A DNA stretch of 64,000 nt, from the NCBI GenBank assembly GCA_965205945.1, contig CBDBIB010000001.1, forward strand, positions 416,001 through 480,000, in the 5' to 3' direction. Source of the stretch: Bdellovibrionales bacterium. Lineage in GTDB: Bacteria > Bdellovibrionota > Bdellovibrionia > Bdellovibrionales > UBA1609. Both the position numbers and the translations under genes were made by a program. Numbering within the stretch: the first letter of the stretch is position 1; each line of letters opens with the position of its first letter. This document shows, piece after piece, positions 1-8,721 of this stretch. Under the pieces are notes generated by a model. The model was not told the DNA's origin. It worked only from the letters and a program-made list of their open reading frames with translations, and did not search any database.

Positions 1-1146
1 ACATTCTGGAAAACAAAATTATTGATTGCTTTTTTATCAGCATTTTTAACTATTTTATTTTTAAATATTTCTATTAAAATACTAAAATTAAAACTAACTT
101 ACAGCGAAATAATCCGTCCTTTAAAAGTATATTTATTACGATATTGTAAATTAGAATTTTGGCCATCTTTTATATTGTATGCTCCTTTTGCTCCATACTT
201 TATATATCTATTTTTAAAATATGGAGGTACTAAAACAATATTATCAACAAACCCCTCAATAAAAATGAGTGGACTTATTGGTGAATTAAAATCTGATATT
301 GATATATTTTTATCAAAATATATTAAAAATCAGCGCATAAAAACATTTAAACTTGATGAAAAAACTCTGCCTTTTGCTAAAAAAATTATGAGTGAAAATA
401 AGTTGTCATTCCCAGTTATTATCAAACCAGATAGCGGAATGCGTGGTGCAGGTGTTAAAATTATAAAAACAGAAAATGAGTTGGAAGAAATTTTAAATAA
501 AACTGAGGAAAAACAAGTTCTACAAGAATTTTGTGATTTTAAAAATGAGTGGGGAATATATTACTACCGTTTTCCAAATGCTCAGAGTGGAAAAATATTC
601 TCAGTAACGGTTAAAGAAAAACCTTTAATAACTGGAGATGGAAAATTATCTTTATATAAATTAGTTTTATCGGATCAACGCCTCTGTCAGAGATTTGATA
701 TTATTTTTAAAGAATGTAACTTATCGCCTCATTATATTCCTAAAGTAAATGAAAAAGTTCAACTTGTTAATAAAGGAAATCACTCTAAAGGCTGTATTTT
801 TTTAGATGGCTCAGAGTGGGTGAAAAACTCTCAACTTAAAAACGTTCAATGGGTCTTAGATCAATTAGAGGGGTTTTATGTTGGTCGGATAGACATTAAA
901 TTTCGTGATTTAGAATCTCTATCTTGCGGAGAATTTAAAATTATAGAAATTAATGGCGCTGGAGCAGAGTCTTCAAATTTTTATGATCCAAAATTTTCCG
1001 TAAAAGAGGCTTATAAAATTATTAAAGAACAATGGACAATTATTTTTCAAGTTGGTCATATGAATCGTAAACTTGGAAAGGAAACAAAAAAATCAATTTG
1101 GAATTTATTTTCTGAAATAATTCAATATCGAAGAATGAAGACATAA
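1..1146 (+). CDS. ATP-grasp fold protein (D-Ala-D-Ala ligase-like superfamily) with an N-terminal hydrophobic segment; 5' end probably outside the window
   Basis: Frame is open from base 1 (TFWKTKLL...). ATP-grasp motifs FPVIIKPDSGMRGAGV, VLQEF, GRIDIKF and IIEINGAGAE. Confidence 0.75.
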   Translation, partial: TFWKTKLLIAFLSAFLTILFLNISIKILKLKLTYSEIIRPLKVYLLRYCKLEFWPSFILYAPFAPYFIYLFLKYGGTKTILSTNPSIKMSGLIGELKSDIDIFLSKYIKNQRIKTFKLDEKTLPFAKKIMSENKLSFPVIIKPDSGMRGAGVKIIKTENELEEILNKTEEKQVLQEFCDFKNEWGIYYYRFPNAQSGKIFSVTVKEKPLITGDGKLSLYKLVLSDQRLCQRFDIIFKECNLSPHYIPKVNEKVQLVNKGNHSKGCIFLDGSEWVKNSQLKNVQWVLDQLEGFYVGRIDIKFRDLESLSCGEFKIIEINGAGAESSNFYDPKFSVKEAYKIIKEQWTIIFQVGHMNRKLGKETKKSIWNLFSEIIQYRRMKT

Positions 1147-1264
1147 AAAGCATTTTATTTTAAACTTGACCTTGGTTTTTTGTATGATTGTATATATTCT
1201 TTAATATATTTTCTTATATACACAGAAAGTAATGGTGGTAATTAATAAAAAAAGGAGATTTAAA

Positions 1265-1717
1265 ATGAAAACACTAATAGTTATATGTATATCTTTTATG
1301 CTAACAACAGCTTTTGCCAAAAATACTAATTATAATATGGATAACGGTTTATTTATAAACGGATATGACCCTGTAGCCTACCTTACAAGCAATAAGGCTA
1401 TAAAGGGAAAACAAAATATACAATATTTGTACAATGGAGTAAAAATTCAGTTTAGCTCAGAAGAGAATAAGAAAAAATTTATAAAAGACCCTGAAAAAAT
1501 GCTCCCAGCTTATAAGGGATGGTGCGCTTACGCTATGTCTGAAAAAGCTAAACTAGTTGAAGTTGACCCTAAGTCCTTTAAAGTTATCAAGGGTAAAACA
1601 TATCTTTTTTATGATAGCGTCTGGGCCGATACTTTAAAAAAGTGGAATAAAAAAAATAACGACAATATACAAGTTAAACGAGCTGATATGAATTGGAAAA
1701 AGATTTATTTAAAATAA
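1265..1717 (+). CDS. Exported YHS-domain protein (Cys form of the YHS (seleno)protein family)
   Basis: GGAG RBS before ATG 1265; signal peptide ending AFA; GYDPVAY, FSSEENKKKF and PAYKGWCAYAM motifs. Confidence 0.8.
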   Translation: MKTLIVICISFMLTTAFAKNTNYNMDNGLFINGYDPVAYLTSNKAIKGKQNIQYLYNGVKIQFSSEENKKKFIKDPEKMLPAYKGWCAYAMSEKAKLVEVDPKSFKVIKGKTYLFYDSVWADTLKKWNKKNNDNIQVKRADMNWKKIYLK

Positions 1718-1727
1718 GGCATTTAAA

Positions 1728-3677
1728 ATGACGCTAACCTGGCATAAAGTTGCTAAAGTTAACGAACTTCTAGAAGGGCGTGTAAAAACAGTAACCATTG
1801 GAACTAAAAATATTGTTCTAACAAAATACAAAGGTATTTATGGCGCCTTAGATAATGCTTGCCCTCATCAGGGTGGACCTTTAGGAGAGGGATCTATTGA
1901 AAATGGTTTTTTACGTTGCCCCTGGCATGGTTGGGATTTTTGTCCTCACTCAGGTAAACCTCCAGGCGGCTACGACGATGGTGTGGCCGTTTACCCTGTA
2001 GAAGAAAGAACTGATGGAATTTATATTCAGATAAAATCTATAAAAGACAATAAAACTACAGTAAGTGATAAAATGGTGGAGACCATGATTAATTGGGGCG
2101 TAGACACTGTTTTTGGAATGGTTGGACATTCTAACTTAGGTTTTGCTGAAGCACTTAGAAAACAAGAAGAGCTTGGGAAGCTACGTTTTTTTGGAATTCG
2201 TCACGAAGGAGCAGCAGCTTTTGCCTGCTCTGGTTATGCTAAAACAATAGGAACCCCTGCAGCTTGCTTTACTATTGCAGGACCTGGAGCAACCAATTTA
2301 TTAACAGGTTTATGGGATGCAAAAGTTGATAGAGCGCCTGTTTTAGCCCTAACAGGGCAGGTGAATACTCAAGTACTTGGACCGGGAGCTTTTCAAGAAA
2401 TTGATTTAACATCTGCATTTAATGCTGTAACTAAATTTAGTCAAACTGTATTAAATGAATCTGATCAAGTCGAGTTAATGAGCTTAGCTCTTAAAAATGC
2501 TATTGTTCATAGAGATGTTGCTCATTTAATTTTACCTGATGAAGTTCAAATATTACCTGCAACAAAGACAATGAAGGCCTTAAGTTGTGTAGGTCGATTA
2601 GCTGATATGAAAATAAGACCACCACTTCAAGCTTTAGATACTGCATTACAAAAAATCTCTAAAAGCAAAAGACCTGTGATTATTGTTGGGTATGGTGCTA
2701 AAAGATCTATGGTTGATATTATTAAATATGCTCAAGTATTAAACGCTCCTATTATAACAACCTTTAAAGGTAAGGGACAAATTTCAGACGCTCACCCTTT
2801 AGCCTGTGGTGTTCTTGGACGTAGTGGAACACCCGTTGCTAGCTGGTTTATGAACGAATCTGATTTATTAATTGTTTTTGGATCGTCATTTTCTAATCAT
2901 ACAGGAATTACCCCTAAAAAACCCATTATTCAAATTGATTTTGATCCAATTCAAATTGGAAAGTTTCATAAAGTAGATATACCCATCTTAGGAGATGTTG
3001 GAGTTGTTGCAAACTTACTGCTTGAAAAAATAAATATTAAAGCAGCAAATATACGAATAAATATTAAAGATGAAGTAGCAAAACGTTGGTCTATTTGGAA
3101 AAAAGAAAAATTATCTCGCACAAAAGATGATTTTAATAAGGGGATTGGATCTGCAGCAATATTTTCTATACTTAAAGATGTTATCCCCAATGATGCTATT
3201 ATTCCTGTAGACGTAGGTAACAATACTTATTCATTTGGACGGTATTTTGAGTGTAAAGGTCAAAGCATTTTAATGTCTGGTTACTTAGGGTCCATTGGAT
3301 TTTCTTTCCCTGCTGCTATGGGCGCTTGGGCTGCAGTTAAAGGACAAAGAAAAATTGTTTCTATTAGCGGCGATGGTGGCTTTGGGCAATATATGAATGA
3401 GTTTACTACTGCTGTTAAATATGACATGGATATCACTCATATTTTATTAAACAATTCAGAGCTCGGAAAAATTTCAAAAGAACAACTTTCCGGAGAATGG
3501 CCAGTTTGGCAAACCTCTTTACACAATCCAAATTTTGCAAAATATGCTCAAAATTGTGGTGGCCTAGGAATTCAAGTTAATAAAATTACAGAACTTAAGA
3601 GTGCTCTAAACAAAGCTATTGCTCATAAAAAAGGACCCTCTCTTGTTGAAATTATCACAGATGCAAAACTCATATAG
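1728..3677 (+). CDS. Rieske [2Fe-2S] domain fused to a pyruvate oxidase/AHAS-like ThDP-dependent enzyme
   Basis: N-terminal CPH...CPWHG Rieske ligands; IRHEGAAAFA and GPGATNLLTGL motifs; ThDP motif GDGGF...NN. Confidence 0.9.
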   Translation: MTLTWHKVAKVNELLEGRVKTVTIGTKNIVLTKYKGIYGALDNACPHQGGPLGEGSIENGFLRCPWHGWDFCPHSGKPPGGYDDGVAVYPVEERTDGIYIQIKSIKDNKTTVSDKMVETMINWGVDTVFGMVGHSNLGFAEALRKQEELGKLRFFGIRHEGAAAFACSGYAKTIGTPAACFTIAGPGATNLLTGLWDAKVDRAPVLALTGQVNTQVLGPGAFQEIDLTSAFNAVTKFSQTVLNESDQVELMSLALKNAIVHRDVAHLILPDEVQILPATKTMKALSCVGRLADMKIRPPLQALDTALQKISKSKRPVIIVGYGAKRSMVDIIKYAQVLNAPIITTFKGKGQISDAHPLACGVLGRSGTPVASWFMNESDLLIVFGSSFSNHTGITPKKPIIQIDFDPIQIGKFHKVDIPILGDVGVVANLLLEKINIKAANIRINIKDEVAKRWSIWKKEKLSRTKDDFNKGIGSAAIFSILKDVIPNDAIIPVDVGNNTYSFGRYFECKGQSILMSGYLGSIGFSFPAAMGAWAAVKGQRKIVSISGDGGFGQYMNEFTTAVKYDMDITHILLNNSELGKISKEQLSGEWPVWQTSLHNPNFAKYAQNCGGLGIQVNKITELKSALNKAIAHKKGPSLVEIITDAKLI

Positions 3678-3685
3678 GAGATTCT

Positions 3686-3892
3686 ATGTCAAAAACTATA
3701 GCCGAAAATATAATTTTATTAGCTAATTTATATATTCTAATAGGTTTTATTTATTCAGTATATTTTTTTAAAATACGCATTCTAAAAACTGATTCAGTTT
3801 TTACTAAAACATGTTGGAGTGTAAAAATTTTAATGGTGCCTGCAACAATAATGCTATGGCCACTTATTGCTATTTGTGGAGAAAAAAAATGA
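3686..3892 (+). CDS. Small membrane protein with two hydrophobic segments
   Basis: AGGAG RBS; 68 aa; starts 8 nt after the upstream stop; ATGA overlap with the next ORF. Confidence 0.7.
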   Translation: MSKTIAENIILLANLYILIGFIYSVYFFKIRILKTDSVFTKTCWSVKILMVPATIMLWPLIAICGEKK

Positions 3893-4035
3893 TTAAAAAA
3901 CAACGAAGAGCTCATTTATATATTTGGCTATTTTTACTTCCAGCATTAATTATTTTATTTTACTTTGTTCAAACTAACCGACAGCTAAATATCAACAAAA
4001 ACTCTAATAACAAAGGACACCACCATGAGCGTTGA
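3889..4035 (+). CDS. Small single-pass membrane protein (MIKKQRRAHLYIW...)
   Basis: ATGA stop/start overlap at 3889-3892; basic N-terminus plus one hydrophobic helix; overlaps the next start. Confidence 0.6.
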   Translation: MIKKQRRAHLYIWLFLLPALIILFYFVQTNRQLNINKNSNNKGHHHER

Positions 4036-5077
4036 TTACGTAAGAGTACAGTGGACAGAGCATAAAAAGTGGTATGATCTAATCTGTGTAGGTTTTTTCT
4101 TTTTGTTATTCTTATGTTTTCTAATTACAAGTTTAATTTCTTTTGATAAACCGAGTCAGTTTAGTTTTATGACCCTTCTTATACGTGGATTTGGGTTATG
4201 TGCTATTACGTTTATACATATTATATTGGCAATTGGTCCTTTAGCACGAATAGATAAAAGGTTTTTACCGTTACTTTATAATAGACGTCATTTAGGTGTG
4301 ATGACATTTTTTATAGCATTTTTTCATGTGTTTTTAGTTATGTTATTTTATCATGGTTTTGGAGTAATGAACCCATTAATGTCTCTTTTAATTGGAAATA
4401 CAGAATACAAGTCTTTATCTGCTTTTCCCTTTGAATTATTTGGGTTAGGTGCTTTTTTTATTTTATTTATGCTAGCTTCTACGAGTCATGATTTCTGGCA
4501 GAAATTTTTTGGTAAAATCTTCTGGAAATCAATGCATATGTCTATTTACTTAGCCTATTTTTTAATAATAACTCATGTTCTCCTTGGAGTTTATCAATCC
4601 GAACAAAGCCTTATTTATACCTTTCTTATAGTTTTAGGGTTTTTAAGTATAAGTGGATTACACATAGCTGCGGGAATAAAAGCTTATAAACTTGATGCTA
4701 TAAATGTGTCAAAATTAAACTGGGTAAAAGTTGCAAAAATTAGTGAGTTTATTCAAGATAGAGCTAAGGTTATTACTACAAAGAATGGAGAGAGTGTTGC
4801 CATATTTAAACATAAAAAAGGTTTTAGTGCTGTAACAAATGTTTGCGCTCATCAAGGTGGCCCTCTTAGTGAAGGTAAAATTATTGATGGTTGTATTACT
4901 TGTCCATGGCATGGATGGCAATATAAGGTTGAGGATGGTCAGAGCCCTCCGCCTTTTGAAGAAAAAATATGTACATATGAAACTAAAATAACTGATGGTT
5001 ATGTCTATGTCTTTGCTCAAGCAAAACCCCCAGGAACCTTTATAACACCCTTAAAAAGTGGAGAATTAAGTGAATAA
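4025..5077 (+). CDS. Ferric-reductase/MsrQ-like multi-pass heme b membrane domain fused to a C-terminal Rieske domain
   Basis: About six hydrophobic helices; LYNRRHLG, FHV, WKSMH and THV histidines; C-terminal CAHQGGP...CPWHG. Confidence 0.85.
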   Translation: MSVDYVRVQWTEHKKWYDLICVGFFFLLFLCFLITSLISFDKPSQFSFMTLLIRGFGLCAITFIHIILAIGPLARIDKRFLPLLYNRRHLGVMTFFIAFFHVFLVMLFYHGFGVMNPLMSLLIGNTEYKSLSAFPFELFGLGAFFILFMLASTSHDFWQKFFGKIFWKSMHMSIYLAYFLIITHVLLGVYQSEQSLIYTFLIVLGFLSISGLHIAAGIKAYKLDAINVSKLNWVKVAKISEFIQDRAKVITTKNGESVAIFKHKKGFSAVTNVCAHQGGPLSEGKIIDGCITCPWHGWQYKVEDGQSPPPFEEKICTYETKITDGYVYVFAQAKPPGTFITPLKSGELSE

Positions 5078-5831
5078 AGATGAATTTTATGTTGGTTATT
5101 TTCCAATGCCGAAAACTTATAAAAAGTTTTTATTTGTTATTTTAACTATAATAGCTATTTTCTTTACTATATTAGTTTTTATTGTTGCTAAAGAGCAAGT
5201 TCAACCTAAAAATGGAGTTGGTTGGAATCCTAACGGGGATGGAGCTATTATTGTTAAAGGTGTAATATCAAAATTCCCCTATGATTTACTACGCTTTAAA
5301 GAGTCAAAAAAAAGTGCTGTTCAAACCGCGATATTAACATCTATGACAAAAACATCTATTCAAAATCGTATAAAAGGAAAATATGATAAAGCCTTAGATT
5401 TAAAAGGAGTTATGATCCGTCAAAATGGCCGATTTGTTTTCTCAGTATTAGACGGTAAAGAAAGCATTAAGATTTCAGATTTTAACCCTTTAGATTTTAG
5501 CCCTTTAAAAACTAAGATGATAGGTATTGTTCATCTACAAGGAGAAATTATTGATCCAAAGTGTTATCTAGGAGCAATGAAGCCAGGAGGGGGCAAGGTT
5601 CATAAATCTTGCGCTGTTCTATGCATCCGTGGTGGAATTCCTCCTATGTTTGTAACCAAGAATGAACTCTTAAATGAAACTTATTATTTACTAACTGATA
5701 AAAATGGTGGTCCAATAGTAGAAGATATTATTGCTTATGTTGGTGATCCAGTTTCAATTACAGGGTTTGCTGAAAAACATGATGATATGTTATTTCTTCG
5801 TTTAGATGTGGAATCAATAAAAAGATTATAA
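5070..5831 (+). CDS. Membrane-anchored hypothetical protein with a Cys/His cluster
   Basis: One N-terminal TM helix; motif GEIIDPKCYLGAMKPGGGKVHKSCAVLCIRGGIPP; GTG start overlaps the upstream stop. Confidence 0.75.
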   Translation: MNKDEFYVGYFPMPKTYKKFLFVILTIIAIFFTILVFIVAKEQVQPKNGVGWNPNGDGAIIVKGVISKFPYDLLRFKESKKSAVQTAILTSMTKTSIQNRIKGKYDKALDLKGVMIRQNGRFVFSVLDGKESIKISDFNPLDFSPLKTKMIGIVHLQGEIIDPKCYLGAMKPGGGKVHKSCAVLCIRGGIPPMFVTKNELLNETYYLLTDKNGGPIVEDIIAYVGDPVSITGFAEKHDDMLFLRLDVESIKRL

Positions 5832-5843
5832 AGGATACCCATT

Positions 5844-7457
5844 GTGAAAAAAATTAAAGTGTTTGAGTTAAATGAATTAGTTGATCGTAGGCCAAATTAT
5901 AAATTAATATCCGGTGTTGATTTAGTTATCATTCGCTATGATGATCAGGTTTCAGTAATGTATGGGCGCTGTTTACATCGTGGTGCGCTAATGTCTGATG
6001 GGCATATTGATGGAAATAACCTTATTTGTGGAGTTCATGGTTGGGACTACCGTTTAGACACAGGCATAAGTGAGTATAATAATAAAGAGGCTCTGAAAAA
6101 ATTTAACTCTTGGATTGACAATGGTGTAGTTTTTCTTGATGCCGATGAGGTAAGCGAGTGGGCAAAAAATCACCCACAGCCATTTAATCGTGAAGAGTAC
6201 CTTGGCTTATATCAAGATGCTCATATAACAGAAGAAGAACCTGAAAATCATTTAATTCAACACCTTGCTAAACACGGTCTAAAAAAATCAGGGCCCCATG
6301 GCCCAACGGGTGCTATGGGGGTTGAAAAATCAAAACTTCCCCATTGGAATGAAATACAAATTACTACAGCTCAATTAAAACGTTTTCCATTATTAGATAA
6401 TGAGCCTGTTAAAAGTAACGTTGTCATTGGCCCTAAAGCTCGTAAACCTTTACACCTTAAAATCCCATTATTTGTTTCAGATATGAGTTTTGGTGCCTTA
6501 TCAGAAGAAGCTAAAATAGCTCTTGCAAAAGGCGCTGAGCTAGCCGGCACTGGGATTTGTAGTGGAGAAGGGGGTATGTTACCAGAAGAGCAGGCTTGTA
6601 ACTCAAGATATTTTTATGAGTTAGCATCCGGACGCTTTGGTTATGACATTAAAAAAGTTAAGCTTTGCCAAGCTTTTCACTTTAAAGGCGGACAAGGCGC
6701 AAAAACTGGAACAGGAGGGCATTTACCAGGAAGTAAAGTTAGTAAAAAAATTGCTTCTGTTCGAGGTTTACAAGAGGGACAAGCCGCAATATCACCAAGT
6801 CGATTTTCTGATTGGGAAAGCCTTGATGATATAAAAAAATTTGCAGATAAAGTGCGTCAGGCTACAGGGGGAATACCTATAGGGTATAAACTCTCGGCTC
6901 AAAGAGTAGAAGAAGATATTGCCGCAGCTCTTTATATTGGAGTTGACTATGTGATTCTTGATGGGCGAGGTGGCGGTACAGGAGCTGCTCCACTAATTTT
7001 TAGAGATCATATTTCTGTTCCAACCATACCAGCTTTAGCTAGAGCCCGACGCTATTTAGATGCTCAAAAAGCGTCTCATGTAAGTTTAATAATTACAGGG
7101 GGACTACGTGTAGCACCAGATTTTGTTAAAGCCCTAGCTCTAGGGGCTGATGCTATTGCACTGTCTAATTCAGCACTCCAAGCAATTGGTTGTTTAGGCA
7201 TGAGGGCTTGCCACACAAACAATTGCCCAGTGGGTATTGCAACTCAAAAAAAAGATTTACGACGCCGTTTAGTTATTGATGAATCTGCAAAACGATTACA
7301 TCGTTTTTTTAGCGCCTCAACAGAATTAATGCAAGTAATGGCTCGTGCTTGTGGACATAATCATTTATCAAAATTTAACTTAGAAGACTTAGTAACGCTT
7401 AACCCCTCTATGTCAAAGCTTAGTGGTGTTCATTTTGCAGGAGATTCAATTTTTTAA
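5844..7457 (+). CDS. Rieske domain fused to an FMN-binding glutamate-synthase-family domain (no amidotransferase domain)
   Basis: CLH...CGVHG Rieske; MSFGALS, GEGG, GQGAK.G.GGHLP and DGRGGGTGAAP; Fe-S motif CLGMRACHTNNC. Confidence 0.9.
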   Translation: MKKIKVFELNELVDRRPNYKLISGVDLVIIRYDDQVSVMYGRCLHRGALMSDGHIDGNNLICGVHGWDYRLDTGISEYNNKEALKKFNSWIDNGVVFLDADEVSEWAKNHPQPFNREEYLGLYQDAHITEEEPENHLIQHLAKHGLKKSGPHGPTGAMGVEKSKLPHWNEIQITTAQLKRFPLLDNEPVKSNVVIGPKARKPLHLKIPLFVSDMSFGALSEEAKIALAKGAELAGTGICSGEGGMLPEEQACNSRYFYELASGRFGYDIKKVKLCQAFHFKGGQGAKTGTGGHLPGSKVSKKIASVRGLQEGQAAISPSRFSDWESLDDIKKFADKVRQATGGIPIGYKLSAQRVEEDIAAALYIGVDYVILDGRGGGTGAAPLIFRDHISVPTIPALARARRYLDAQKASHVSLIITGGLRVAPDFVKALALGADAIALSNSALQAIGCLGMRACHTNNCPVGIATQKKDLRRRLVIDESAKRLHRFFSASTELMQVMARACGHNHLSKFNLEDLVTLNPSMSKLSGVHFAGDSIF

Positions 7458-7667
7458 TACTTAATAGTTTAAGCCTTTAAACTTATAACTTCTCTTAAAA
7501 AAACCAAATAAAAAACCTTTACTTATATAAAACCCTTCTTTAAGGTTTGATGAATAAAGAACTAATTTAGAGCAAGTGCATACAATTAAATTCAGGCTTA
7601 AAAATTTTAGTGTTTTATATAAAATACTGATAAGTTTTCTTATGCTACAATACAAAAACTACTTAAT

Positions 7668-8273
7668 TTAAATCTTAAAGCTCCTCATATCTTTTAGTCT
7701 AGAATTAATATCATTTTCATTTATGGCCCTATCTCCCCCACGCATAGTTTCTGGTTTTGTTAGTGATCCAAACTCAAACTCGTATTTTTCTTTGGGCTCA
7801 ATAATTGATTTAATATATTTAGAAAAATACTGCCTTTTGTTAATAAAGAAACAACTAATTAAATCCCCCTTTTTTAATTCAAATTCGTTATAATCCTCTT
7901 CAACTTCACATATATAATAGGTTTGAAAAATACTAAATTCTTTAATAAGAGGACTTGGAGTTATTCCTTTAATTTTAACTCTGATTTCTTTATTATCAGA
8001 GCCAGAAACACTTAATCCGATGTTGTCACAAGTTTCAAATCTAAATACAAAATGCCAATATTTTTTATATTCTGGTTCAATGCTTCTCATCATGCGTAAA
8101 CCTGCAACATGCATCGATGAATACACTTTAAAAATTAAATTGTTAAAAGTTTCAAGTGTCTTAAACGAATTTTCAACATATTTCTTAAATAATTTTTGAT
8201 CTTTTTGCTGCTGATAAAAACTATAAATTGCGAAACAAAAACTCAAAATTCCGATAATACCAAATATTTCCAT
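7668..8273 (-). CDS. Hypothetical protein with an N-terminal TM helix
   Basis: 201-aa ORF, purine-rich RBS (AAGGAAGAG), no recognisable motif. Confidence 0.6.
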   Translation of the reverse strand: MEIFGIIGILSFCFAIYSFYQQQKDQKLFKKYVENSFKTLETFNNLIFKVYSSMHVAGLRMMRSIEPEYKKYWHFVFRFETCDNIGLSVSGSDNKEIRVKIKGITPSPLIKEFSIFQTYYICEVEEDYNEFELKKGDLISCFFINKRQYFSKYIKSIIEPKEKYEFEFGSLTKPETMRGGDRAINENDINSRLKDMRSFKI

Positions 8274-8685
8274 AAACTCTTCCTTTTAAATTCCCGAAAA
8301 CTTTAACTTTTGCAAAGTTGTTAGTCCTAAAAGTCGTCATTCCCCATGAACATCCAAGTGTATAACCTCTCCCCTTCCTACGGCTAGCCATCTTATGGTC
8401 ACTTGGGAAAACCTTTTAGACTCTGTAGCACCGTTATTCTTATCAAAAGCCTCTCCATAATCTAATTAACAGTGATTATTGATATATACTACCTAAAGAA
8501 GAAAATAATTTTTATGGCTAGCGACTATACCATAAATAAAAAGCCTGCTGCCAAACTCAATTAAAATTCTTACGAAGAAATTTTGTGATTAAAAATAAGA
8601 TGCTTAATTTATAGACTTTTTATGAATTAATTTTTATTCCTTAATAAAATAAAGTTAAATCCGGGGTATCTAAACTCGGCTTTTA

Positions 8686-8714
8686 TTGCTCCTAACGAGA
8701 CTAACACGTAGTCT
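8686..8714 (+). promoter_or_regulatory. Putative sigma70-type promoter giving a leaderless fumC transcript
   Basis: TTGCTC-17 nt-TAGTCT, then 7 nt to ATG 8722; no Shine-Dalgarno. Confidence 0.4.
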
Positions 8715-8721
8715 AATATTC

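Noticed and set aside
1520..1530. Selenocysteine recoding in the YHS protein
   Set aside because: The codon is TGC (Cys) and there is no in-frame TGA.
7461..7655. 64-aa minus-strand ORF after the Rieske cluster
   Set aside because: Low-complexity AT-rich translation with no convincing start or RBS.
8274..8470. GC-richer patch upstream of the 7668-8273 gene, as a possible ncRNA or gene fragment
   Set aside because: Only short frames without recognisable motifs, and no convincing stem set.
8652..8668. AAGTTAAATCCGGGGTA as another degenerate IS982 end
   Set aside because: Too many mismatches to the IR, and no transposase remnant alongside.
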